A program made the position numbers and the translations under genes. Positions 10,436 through 21,000 of a stretch of DNA of 64,000 nucleotides are shown here, in pieces. Numbering within the stretch: the stretch's first letter is position 1; each line of letters begins with the position of its first letter. Source of the DNA: a virus; the IMG/VR virus record IMGVR_UViG_3300033149_002311, positions 1 to 64,000 of that record; one strand, written 5' to 3'. The notes under the pieces were generated by a model. The model saw only the letters and a list, made by a program, of their open reading frames with translations. It ran no database searches and had not been told where the DNA came from.

Positions 10436-10499
10436 CGGATGAAAATAAGCGGCACGAGCCGCATCGCGGCGAGGGTCGCGCTTGATTGATTGGTTAGGT
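10430..10499 (+). repeat. attC 8
   Basis: GCATAAC...GTTAGGT. Confidence 0.85.
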
Positions 10500-10520
10500 G
10501 CCTGCTTGGAGATAATTGTA

Positions 10521-10875
10521 ATGATAATAACATCGACTGAATTTGATAAAGCCATTGAAAAAGAATTAGACCGACTGACAAAAGAGAGCATAAATGCTTA
10601 CACGGAAACCGAAGAATTTTATGAGCGGCTTGAATTAGAAACACGAAAAGAACTTGCGGCCATAAATTCATTTTTCCTCTGGCGCTGGTGACGACAAACC
10701 TCTGCAATTATATGTCCATTCACCCACGATGGATGACGGGTGCAGAATTAACATCGAAACAATACTCGAAGATGATATAAATGAAATCAAAGAAGATGAT
10801 AACGAGCAACTTCGTTACATATTAAATCGACTCGAACTTATGGTTCAGAAGCTCAAAGCTCAAATAGGCACCTAA
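10521..10875 (+). pseudogene. Cassette 8 ORF, probably split by a +1 frameshift near 10670
   Basis: The first frame runs 10521-10691; the +1 frame is open 10666-10875 and ends inside ACCTAAC. Confidence 0.5.
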
Positions 10876-10934
10876 CGATTAAGTTAAAGGGTTGCGCCGC
10901 TTTTGCGCAATCCATTTTGAACGCCTTGTTATGT
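10870..10934 (+). repeat. attC 9
   Basis: ACCTAAC...GTTATGT; arms GGGTTGCGC / GCGCAATCC. Confidence 0.85.
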
Positions 10935-10958
10935 GCAAGGCAAACGCTGGGGATAGAA

Positions 10959-11204
10959 ATGAGTAAGATAGAAAAAGGCGTAATGATAATGAAAGACGGC
11001 AAGGCATGGGGTGAAACTTATGCAGACGGTCACAGCACTTCATACGGATGGATGGATGCAGAGTCAGCCCCAATTCATGACCCGAAATTTTGCAAGAAGG
11101 TTACAGATGTTACTTATGCGGGAAGTTATCTTATTCCTGAACTTAAAAAAGGAAAGTTAGTAGAAGTTGAGCGCGTGACAACCGTTAAAATTATTGGCAC
11201 ATAA
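10959..11204 (+). CDS. Cassette 9 ORF, hypothetical protein
   Basis: GGGGA RBS; stop inside ACATAAC. Confidence 0.8.
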   Translation: MSKIEKGVMIMKDGKAWGETYADGHSTSYGWMDAESAPIHDPKFCKKVTDVTYAGSYLIPELKKGKLVEVERVTTVKIIGT

Positions 11205-11257
11205 CGAAAAAGCTAACCCGCTGGCGTAGCCAGTCGGAATTGAGCGCCTGGTTATAT
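11199..11257 (+). repeat. attC 10
   Basis: ACATAAC...GTTATAT. Confidence 0.85.
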
Positions 11258-11268
11258 TGCGAGGCAGT

Positions 11269-11484
11269 ATGGAAATAGAAAAACTTGAACTTCCCAAACC
11301 CGAACGAAGGTGGCGTGAACAGCGTTGTGCGAGGATCACGCAATCTACTGGCACGGCCCACTTTGAGGGGAAGAAAAATCAATGCGGGCGCATGGCGCGA
11401 TTTAAACTTGAGGGCATCCCCTTTTGCACGCAACATGCTGGCGAAATGGCGCTGAAACACTTGATTAGTGAGAAAGCAATATAA
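11269..11484 (+). CDS. Cassette 10 ORF, C3H zinc-finger-like paralogue of 20814-21059
   Basis: C..MARFKLEGIPFCTQHAG versus C..YARYQIGDKYFCRKHAG. Confidence 0.8.
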   Translation: MEIEKLELPKPERRWREQRCARITQSTGTAHFEGKKNQCGRMARFKLEGIPFCTQHAGEMALKHLISEKAI

Positions 11485-11536
11485 CGACCAAGCTCACCCG
11501 AGAGCGTAGCGAATCGGGTGCAGTGATTGGTTATAT
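11479..11536 (+). repeat. attC 11
   Basis: ATATAAC...GTTATAT; arms CACCCGA / TCGGGTG. Confidence 0.85.
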
Positions 11537-11549
11537 TTTGGAGATAATT

Positions 11550-11753
11550 ATGGGATTTGATAGTGTTGACGAAGAAAAATTACAGCGTGATCTTGTGATG
11601 ATTAGGGCTGCGTTAACTATACAGGCGTTACAAATGCGTAATGAGATTTTTGCTGGAGGCGTAATGGATAAAGATACTTTTGACCAGGAATACTTGAACG
11701 GTATTGGTGAATACGAGCGCGAACTTGCCGAAAGAGAAGGTATAGAAATATAA
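11550..11753 (+). CDS. Cassette 11 ORF, hypothetical protein
   Basis: GGAG RBS; stop inside ATATAAC. Confidence 0.8.
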   Translation: MGFDSVDEEKLQRDLVMIRAALTIQALQMRNEIFAGGVMDKDTFDQEYLNGIGEYERELAEREGIEI

Positions 11754-11820
11754 CGATTAGCTATGCGGCTGGCGTAAGCCAGTCCGTGCGAAGCACGTAC
11801 TTTAACGATTAATTGGGGGA
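11748..11820 (+). repeat. Truncated attC 12 fused to a second attC left arm
   Basis: The left part matches attC 3 (TAACGATTAGCTATGCGGCTGGCGTAAGCCAGTCCG), then TAACGATTAATTGGGGG resembles the attC 7 left arm; no R' box. Confidence 0.75.
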
Positions 11821-11823
11821 CAT

Positions 11824-12072
11824 ATGATGAGTGAAGAAATGGTAGACATTGAACTAAATCTAGGTAAAGTGTGTGCTGATGAAATTAGTAAGATGACTAA
11901 AACGAAGTTAATTAATCGCCTAGTTGTGTCTGTATTACGCGGTAGGGTTCAAGATGAAACGGTAACTGATCTTGAAAGAGAAGTTGAAAATTTACAAGAA
12001 CGATTAAATAAGGCAAGGGATAATATCAAACAAGCCGAGGCCATGGTGATTGCTGCCATGGAACGATGGTGA
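11824..12072 (+). CDS. Coiled-coil hypothetical protein
   Basis: ORF with GGGGGA RBS. Confidence 0.7.
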   Translation: MMSEEMVDIELNLGKVCADEISKMTKTKLINRLVVSVLRGRVQDETVTDLEREVENLQERLNKARDNIKQAEAMVIAAMERW

Positions 12073-12755
12073 ATTATAAAATTATCCTAGATGAGCAGAA
12101 ATTATTGAATTTTATTGCTTGGTTACCTAATCTTGTAGAGGGTGAGTGTTATTATGTAAGCCTGTTTGCTCGAAAGAAGTATCATGTGAGCGCACAAAAT
12201 GATAAGTGTAATTGCAAGCGGTTTACGGCTACAGATAAAGGGTGGTTAATAAAGAAGATCAGGCAATTAGAAATACCAATAGGCCGATATTTCAATAAAA
12301 ATGGTACGCCGGTTCACAACGATGCATTGGCACTGTATATTTCCATCAACCCTCGAAGTTTTGCTGGTGCGCAGAAACGTCTTTTAATTCGTCTAGCAGA
12401 GGTGATAACTAGAGGTAATATAAATTTAAATCCAGCTTCCATGGCTTTAAGCGATATCCAACGATCTAAGAGCCGGACAGTTTTTGTAGATTTCGATTTC
12501 GATGATGTTCAATTTAATGATTTACCGGTATTAAAATACATTATCAATAGGGAAGCCTTTGATGTATTAAATACTAGGGGTGGTTTTCATTTATTAGTCA
12601 GACCAGATAAAGTCACTGAAGAGTTTAAAAATAATTGGTATAAAAATTTAACAGCTATCCCACAATGTGACGTAAGTGGCGATAACATGATCCCTATCGC
12701 TGGTTGCACACAAGGGGGTTATACGCCGTGGTTAGATTCGACTACTGGGGATTGA
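12066..12755 (+). CDS. Hypothetical protein with AEP/prim-pol-like motifs
   Basis: FVDFDFD and TRGGFHLL resemble AEP motifs I and II. Confidence 0.5.
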   Translation: MVNYKIILDEQKLLNFIAWLPNLVEGECYYVSLFARKKYHVSAQNDKCNCKRFTATDKGWLIKKIRQLEIPIGRYFNKNGTPVHNDALALYISINPRSFAGAQKRLLIRLAEVITRGNINLNPASMALSDIQRSKSRTVFVDFDFDDVQFNDLPVLKYIINREAFDVLNTRGGFHLLVRPDKVTEEFKNNWYKNLTAIPQCDVSGDNMIPIAGCTQGGYTPWLDSTTGD

Positions 12756-12780
12756 CTGATATGCTGATATATGATATAAT
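12752..12780 (+). promoter_or_regulatory. sigma70-type promoter
   Basis: TTGACT-17-TATAAT followed by an AGAGGAGAG RBS. Confidence 0.85.
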
Positions 12781-12969
12781 GGGCATATAGAGGAGAGAGT
12801 ACATGATAAAACGCTATATCATAATGACAGTATTTTCAGTCGCAATCCCAGCATGGATTGGTTTTATAATGGATGGTGATTGGCGGTCTGATCACGCTAT
12901 CGGACTGATGATTGGTTGCCTAATATGCACATGGGTGATACAACCTATAACAGATTTATTTAGGGGATC

Positions 12970-14184
12970 ATGGTGAAAATCTATGCAGAAGTCCTTGAAG
13001 AAACCGCTTTAGAACAGTTCAATCTGGCTATGGAACAACCATTTGTTCTCAATGGCGCTCTTATGCCTGATGCTCACACAGGTTATTCATTACCGATAGG
13101 TGCCGTAATAGCTACAGATAACATGATTTTACCTTCATGGGTTGGGTATGATATAGGGTGTGGTATGTGTGCCTTAAAGTTAGAAGGTATTGATATTAAT
13201 GGCATAAATGTTCATTTAAAAGAAATCTTCGATGAGATTTACCGGAGGATTCCTGTTGGATTCAATGTTAACGAGACTGAAACTGAATATAGCTCTGCTG
13301 GCCTTACTAATGCTGGGATGGTAATAGCTCAAAGAAAAAAGTATAAACAGGCTTTGGGTTCTTTGGGTGGAGGTAATCATTTTATTGAAATTGGTTATGA
13401 TGAAAATGATGAAATCTGGGTTGTAATTCACTCTGGTAGTCGGGGAGTTGGGCATGGTATCGCTACCCACTACATGACTGTAGCTTCCAGCGACCCTATA
13501 ACTCTTGAAGAAGAATTTGACGCCACACACAAAGACTTACTAAAACATAATCCAGGCCAGTACGAGAGCCATAAGGCCAGATATGTTGAGAGAAAAATGG
13601 GAAAGTTACGCCCAAAAGAAGGACATTATGGATTTAAAGCCGATTCTCAGGAAGGTAGAGATTATATTCAAGACCTTAATTGGGCGCTTGATTATGCCTT
13701 AATGAACCGTAGAACCATGATGGAACGTGTGATTGACTCGATTACTTGTTGTCTTAATTTATCTTGCTATGAGCTAGATTTTACTGTATTGATAAATCGA
13801 AATCACAATCATGCTGTTTACGATACTATGAAAGACTGGTGGGTTCATCGAAAAGGGGCTACACATGCTGAACTAGGTATGATGGGTGTTATCCCCGGAA
13901 ATATGCGGGATGGTAGTTTCATCGTAAGAGGTAAAGGAAATCCCGAATCATTGAATTCAAGCTCCCATGGTGCCGGACGGGTTTTAGGGAGAAAGGAAGC
14001 TAAAAGGGTCTTGAAGTTTGAGGACTTTCAAGACGTGATGGGCGGCGTGACTGCCTTGGTGACAGAAAAGACTCTAGATGAATCGCCGATGGCTTATAAG
14101 GATATTTTTGAGGTAATGAGACTACAGGAAGACTTGGTAGAAACCATCCATCACATCAGGCCAATCATAAACATTAAGGGTTAA
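12970..14184 (+). CDS. rtcB: RtcB RNA 3'-phosphate/5'-OH ligase
   Basis: MPDAH, VGYDIGCG, SLGGGNHFIE, HSGSRG, HNH, HRKGA, SHGAGR and DESPMAYK motifs. Confidence 0.95.
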   Translation: MVKIYAEVLEETALEQFNLAMEQPFVLNGALMPDAHTGYSLPIGAVIATDNMILPSWVGYDIGCGMCALKLEGIDINGINVHLKEIFDEIYRRIPVGFNVNETETEYSSAGLTNAGMVIAQRKKYKQALGSLGGGNHFIEIGYDENDEIWVVIHSGSRGVGHGIATHYMTVASSDPITLEEEFDATHKDLLKHNPGQYESHKARYVERKMGKLRPKEGHYGFKADSQEGRDYIQDLNWALDYALMNRRTMMERVIDSITCCLNLSCYELDFTVLINRNHNHAVYDTMKDWWVHRKGATHAELGMMGVIPGNMRDGSFIVRGKGNPESLNSSSHGAGRVLGRKEAKRVLKFEDFQDVMGGVTALVTEKTLDESPMAYKDIFEVMRLQEDLVETIHHIRPIINIKG

Positions 14185-15018
14185 ATAGAGGAAAGAGCAA
14201 TGGAAGTTAGATATTGTGAATTTACTGGTGATAGCAAAAAAGCGTGGGACGAAGTTCCTAGGAGAGTTTGTGAATACGCCGGGTTTTCGCATTGCATACT
14301 ACATGATACATCGATAAAAATAAGTGCTGATGGTTGGCGAGTATGTTGTGATAAATGTGAAACCCCAAAACAGGTAAAATTATCTTGCCCTGAATGTGAT
14401 GGCGGTATGTTCATATATGACGGGATTCATCATGAAGTACAGTGGGGCGGCAAGTGTAATAAGTGTGGATTTACATCAATGTTTGATAAAAAGCCACCAA
14501 TATCATGAGAAAAAAACGATCTAGAAAGGATTATGGTGGCGGCAGTGGGAAAAGTCACTTCGACAGTAGAATTTTCAGTGTGGTTATCTGGAGGCTGACA
14601 CATGGTATAAGAACCACTATCACATGGGGGGATTTTGGGGAGATTCATTTCGATGGAAAACATCCTGATTTAAATTCTGATAAAGCGTGTGTGGAACAAC
14701 TTACAGGTACTGAAATTTTAAGATTAATAGTTGATCGAGAGAAAGAAGCTTTTAGAAAGGGTGAAAATAGTAGGATAAATGAATTTAAGTCATTTTTAAG
14801 GATACGTTAATGTATAAATATTTAACCATCATTTTAATATACTTGTTAATTGCCGGATGTTCAGTAGAACCAACTGATAAGCAGTATACTAATGCACGAA
14901 CATGGTGTGACAATTTTGGGGGATTGAAAACGTTAAGTTTTAGTAATATCAGTGGATTACGCGTATGATGTATGGATAGTAAACTAATTATCGACGACAC
15001 CAGCAACTAGGATATATT

Positions 15019-15441
15019 ATGAAAAACTTATTAAGATTTGGTTCCGACCCAGCATTACATACAATCTGTGAGAATATACCCACTGATTATGATGTGGATA
15101 GCCTGCTTGATACCATGTGGGAAACTATGTATGGTCAGAAAGGCATCGGGTTAGCGGCCCCGCAAATAGGGCAGACTAAACGGGCCATAGTGATGCACGT
15201 TAAGGGTCTTAAGCTAGAATTAATCAATCCTATAATAACTAAGATGTATGGGGGTAAAACTACATCTAAGGAAGGATGCCTATCATTTCCCGGTAAACAG
15301 GTAAGCATGCTCCGCTATAAGCAGGTAGTAATAGAAGGTTATGACAGGAACTGGAAACCCATAAAAAGAAAACTTAAGGGCTTGGCCGCCATGTGCGCTC
15401 AACATGAAGTCGATCATCTCAACGGGGTTACTATAGCATGA
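15019..15441 (+). CDS. def: Peptide deformylase
   Basis: GIGLAAPQIG, EGCLS and QHEVDHLNG motifs; C-terminally short, as in phage PDFs. Confidence 0.95.
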   Translation: MKNLLRFGSDPALHTICENIPTDYDVDSLLDTMWETMYGQKGIGLAAPQIGQTKRAIVMHVKGLKLELINPIITKMYGGKTTSKEGCLSFPGKQVSMLRYKQVVIEGYDRNWKPIKRKLKGLAAMCAQHEVDHLNGVTIA

Positions 15442-18031
15442 ATATTTGGAAAAGCTTTTTTATTGCCCGAAAGAATAGGGCGGCTTTAGAAGAAATGGAA
15501 TACAACCGGATACTAACCGAGTTGGAAGAATTCTGTGCAATCGGTGAGCGCTTTCAATATCTAGGCATAACAATGTTATGCGTTGATTACGGGGTGGGTG
15601 ACCCTGACTTGGGGTGGAGACAAGGCATATTAGCTCAATATATTGATGGCAACGGGTTCTTTAAGATAAATTTTTTCCATTATGATCACCTGCCGATCCT
15701 AATCAAGGAAAACAATATAGGTAAAAGTCATTGGAAGGAGTCAGATGGCCAACCTCTAATCACGAACGAAAGTGAATTAGAGGTTGGCCATCTTTATTGG
15801 ATAAGGTGTAGGAACTTATCAACCCCTCCCTCTGTAGCTAGGTGTGATCAAGAAGAGGGTAATAAATATTTCGGTAATAAAGTGTGGGCCACTGAAGCAT
15901 TTGAAAGATGGGATATCGTAGGCCCAATCCCACAACCATCAGAATTCGATACATACCGCATCTGGAGTTTTGAACATGATGCATGGTGGAAGCCAGCCGG
16001 TTACGGTTATACACCAAATAAAGACGAGGCGGGTGTCTATAACTACCGCCAAGCTAAGAACATTTGCGATAACGCTAATTATGGTGGTAATACTTTTGAA
16101 GAAATGAGGAAAGTATAATGATGACTAATACAGAAAAGAAAATATTCGCAGCAGTAACGGTCTTTACGATAGTTGTTATCATACTAGTTGGTCAAATTTC
16201 AAATAAAATTGAGGGAGCTGGTGGCTTGCATGGTATCGCAGTATCGGTTGGGAAAGAGGCTAAAAGCATATTAAAGGAAATCAATGGTCCAGATTAAATT
16301 ATATGCCTGTAAAAAGTGTGGTTTCGAGAAGCGAATCGAGACTAATCACTATGGTGAATGTTACAGCCTTGGTCAATACAATTATTGCCCTAAGTGTAAA
16401 CGCGGCCCCGCTTGGAACAGTATGCATCCAACAACGTGGGTTTATAAGAGAAAAGTACAATGATCGATGCACCGGAAGATGGAACTAGGTATAGGACCCC
16501 TGATGGTCATACTGGAAAACTTAGCATAACTAGGCGTGAGCGAAAGTTGTGGAGCGATGGTAAATTAAAGACGGTCAGGGTGGTAGGTACTGATGGGTTA
16601 GTTAGAGTGTTTGATATCGAAGCATTAATTGAAGAGCCACCTCCACCAATTGAAGTTAACTTTAAAAGCGAGTTGCTTGATGCATTATCTACTTTATGTG
16701 CATGTAAGCGGTACAAAGAGAGAAATGGAAAAACACAGGATTACATTGCAGCAAGGGATAGGGCTTGGAAACGAGCATTTGAGCTAACAGGATTATGACC
16801 CTATCTTGTAGTTGTGATTTCGAGCCAGATGATAGTTATGATTGGTTTTGGGTGGGTCATAGTGATTTTATATCACTGGAAAGTAAAAGACGGAAACGGT
16901 GTTGCAGTTGTGAGAGTCCAATTGATGTCGGTTCTGATATAATAAAATTTTATAGGTTCAGGACTGCAAGAAATGACATCGAAGAACGTATATATGGTGA
17001 ATTTGTGCCTCTGGCCAGTCATTTCATGTGCGAGGGGTGTGCTGGATTGTATCTTGCCTTGGAAGAGTTGGGTTATGATTGTCTAGATATTAGTAAACCG
17101 ATGAGAGAATATATAGAGGAGTACAATAACTAATGGGTGCACAAATTAGATTATCCGTACAAGTGATGGATCGCCCAAGCTGCCATGATATATATATGGC
17201 TATCACGTTAGAAAGATCATTGGTAGAGGAAGCGTTTACACCAATAGATTTACCGGATAGAACTGCTGACGGGTTTGAAAGAGCAATTTGCACACCGACA
17301 CATAAGATTTTAAAAGTTAATATGAAGCGTGAAGAAGTGGCTAAGATGTTAACTGATAAAATCATTGGGATAATGGAAAGTAATGACACAATTATGGGGT
17401 ATAAAAAATGAATAATTTAATTAGAGTGGTGGTAAAAAATCCAGAACTGGACCTAATAACGGTATTTCTTGAAGATTTTGAACCCGGTAAAGGGAAGATA
17501 ACTATTGTATGTTTTGGTAAGGCGTGGACTGCTTATTGGGGTGGTATGAGCGGTGAAACAGTAGCTGAATTTTTCTGCAGTTGTGATACAAGTTATCTAT
17601 CTGGTTGTTTAAGCAATATCAGTAGCGAAGTTATTGATTACAGGGAAATTTCAGAGATTGTTGATGATGAGGTTGATCAGAACACGCTCATGCTATATAC
17701 CACTGAATTAGAGACTGCTTATGGGGGTGACTGGTGGCTAAACTTACCTCAGACACCAAACCCGGCATACACCTATCTTTGTAAAATCATCGAAGCAGTA
17801 CAGGAAGGTTTAAAAAGTGAATAAAATACAATTACTTGATATGCTCACTGAACAAGCTAAGCAATTTCGCAAAGATGTGGGCCATTACGAAAGAAATGCC
17901 CACATGTATTCAATCAATGAGGCACCATCGCAAGAAGCCATAGATGCGGTACTGGTTGGTTTCATTAATCATATCGGGATGGAGCAGGGAGTCGATTACG
18001 CGCTATATACGACCGATTTGACCACTGGTGA

Positions 18032-18060
18032 TTGACTGTGTATGTGACCTATGATATACT
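18032..18060 (+). promoter_or_regulatory. sigma70-type promoter
   Basis: TTGACT-17-TATACT followed by AGAGGAGAG. Confidence 0.85.
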
Positions 18061-21000
18061 ATAGATATAGAGGAGAGCGCATATGATACAGCATTCAGTA
18101 GGGGATAGAGTTTCACGTGAAATTGACATCTACGACCCTAAAAAAGGATTAAAATTAGGGGAAGTTATCAAACATTATTCACGACCACGGGAAAAATATG
18201 GTGATTGGTGGTTAGGTCCATATCCCAATTTATATGATGTTAAGTGGGATGATGGGAGTATTGGAAAAGCTTTTTTGCCACATGGAATCAACCCTGCATG
18301 AGCAAGTTATATCCAATTGAGACCGCACCTAAGGATGGTAGATTCATTCTACTGGCCGGGGATAGCGGTTATACAACAACTCCATTGCGATTCCAAGTAT
18401 GCAGGTATTATCCTGAATATCGGCCATTATCCCCGTGGGTGAATCATGCTAATGACAGTTTCGAAGATGGCGGTGGTCCACCTACACATTGGATGGAGTT
18501 ACCTCAATCATGAAAATATCAGCCGCCCATAAAATTGCTTTGATGATGGCATTAACAAGTTCAACCTATGGATTAATACCACCCACGCCAAAGAAAAAAG
18601 AAAAGAATCTCGGTAAAATGGCTGCAGCTGAAGAAAAGCGCAAGCGTAAGGCGGCTAAGAGGTTGGGGTTGTTAGGTAAAATGAAGCATGCCACCTATGT
18701 CGGCAATGACCCTCGATTAAAAAATAAAGAAGCATTAATTCGGGATAATGTGGAATTAGGCGCGGGCCATGTGCTGGTGCAATTTGATGCACGGCATCTA
18801 AAAGAAGCATTCAATTGGCACCCGTTTTTAAAATCAGAATTCAGGAATATTGAATAATGAAACAGGGAAAGTATGAAAGAAAGCTTTATTAAAGCGCATT
18901 AAAAATGCATGGGGTGATCGATTATTACATGCAAGAGGACAGGGTGATTGTAATTTATCTACCTTAGATTATGGAACATTAATCCATGAATATGTACATG
19001 CGAAGAAAGTACTAAATCATTTTATTCGTACATCTGTTGGATATAAATATGAATTATAAAATTCCGGATAATGAAGTAGAAAATCTATTATCAGTGTATT
19101 GGCAATTGCTAGGGGAAGTTGAGGGAAAAACTGACCCTAAAAAAGATATATTAAATGCTCGACTTGTAGAGGGTGCGCATGATGTACTTAACCGAGCCGG
19201 GATTACCGATAGTCGCCCGAGGTGGAAAAATAATGGCTAAGTTTGCGATAGGTGAAATTGCAATTATAATTAACTCCATCAATGCGGAGTTTATCGGGAT
19301 AGAATGTGAAGTTATATCGAATTTATTTAAAGCTTTCCCAGATAGACCAGCGGGGTATGTGATAAATATACCGGGGTTTAATCCATCAGATTATTATAAC
19401 AAAAAAAGATTTTTCGTAGAAGAGTATGCTATTAGAAAAAGATTTGAAGCGGGTAAATGGGAAGATTGTATTTGGAGACCAAATGAATTCAATAAAAACA
19501 GCCCCGAAAGACGGAACGTGGATAGTGTTACATCGCGAAAAATATAATATAATTATTGCACGTTGGGAAAATGAGCAGTGGAAAACAGCCAACGGTAAAC
19601 CCGTTGAGACACCAACTAATCAGGTGATAGGGTGGGAAAAGTTATGAAAAATGATAAAGTAAAACAGGCATTAAGTGCGCTGAATAATTGGTTTGGTAAG
19701 TCTGATGAATTAAAGGTCGTAATCAATTTACTTGAAGAAGCCCTAACCCCCGAGCCACGCTTTTATAAGAATCAGCCAGTGTTGGTAAGATGTAATGAAG
19801 GGAATGATTGGGTACAAGCAATTCTACGGAGAATTGACCATGACGGGTATCTTACTCACGCTGGTATTGGTTATCAACAATGCAAACCAGACCCCGATGC
19901 AGAAAGCATTATCAATTGGGTGGAATACACTGATGAGCAGCCAGGTATTATCTTATGTCCAGAAAACTGCCAGATTATTTCTATGGCTAAGACAGGCAGA
20001 ACAACTTTATTTGCATCAGGTGTGGATTTTAGGGCTAGGTTATCTGCAAATGTGGCCCGTTATACCATCATCCCATTACCAGAGTTCTTATCATGAGTGT
20101 TATAGAACATACAACTGAGGCCATACAGGAGTTAGCTATTAAATTTGAGTTGGCCGGTCAGGGGGAATTATTTAAATTATTAGATAGTGCTGCATTTCAG
20201 ATGCGAATGATGCGTGGTCAACTAGAAGAGGCCCTACCTGATCTCGAAGCGGGTATGTTTAGTAATCCAAATATTGAATTAATTGAAGCCATAAAAGGTA
20301 CTCTCAATGATTAAACTACTTCAATATAAAACAAAAGATGGTAATAATTTAACACTAGAAAATTCCCCAATAATTCTAGGCATTGAAATGTTGTTGATTT
20401 CATGCACTGAAGAAGAAAAGAAAGAAATCAGAGATAAATTAATTGTTGAGACAGCATAGTGGGCTGGATGATAGGGTATGATAGTAACTGGGGCAGGGAT
20501 GTCGGATATGGCGTCCCGGCCACGTGTGACCATCCCGACTGTACGGAGACCATCGATAGGGGCTTACCCTATGTGTGTGGTGGTCAGCCCCACGGAGGGG
20601 ACGAGGGATGTGGTCTCCATTTCTGTGGAAAGCACATGTACAATACTGGCCCCGACGGTGAGCAACAATGTGAAAGATGTGGTGAGGGTATAAAACCCTT
20701 CGAACCAAAGCCGGATGTACAGGAATGGATCAATTGGAAGTTAACTGATAATAGCTGGGAACAGTGGCGACAAGAAAACCCGGCTGATGTATTAATTTTA
20801 AGGGGAAGAACGAATGAAAATTAAAAAGTTATATGATACCCCCCATGAACTTACTAAATCAATACCAAAATGCGAAGCATTATTGTCGTCACAAACACTT
20901 AGGTTTTGGAGAGGTAGGAGCAGGTCTCAAAATAAAGAGGGAAGTAACATTTGCCAAAATTATGCTAGATATCAGATCGGTGATAAGTATTTTTGCAGAA

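Larger units (their letters stand above)
8094..11820 (+). mobile_element. Integron gene-cassette array without an integrase in the window (CALIN-like): 11 intact attC sites plus truncated terminal site(s)
   Basis: Repeated RYYYAAC-like...GTTRRRY-like imperfect palindromes of 58-131 bp, each following a small ORF; the R' of each site complements the R'' of the next. Confidence 0.9.

Noticed and set aside
8094-11820. CRISPR array or REP/BIME repeats
   Set aside because: The repeats vary in length and sequence, the spacers are whole genes, and the R'/R'' complementarity fits attC.
16303-16488. ORF-track call 16303-16488
   Set aside because: A better ORF with an RBS and CxxC pairs lies in another frame at 16284-16463.
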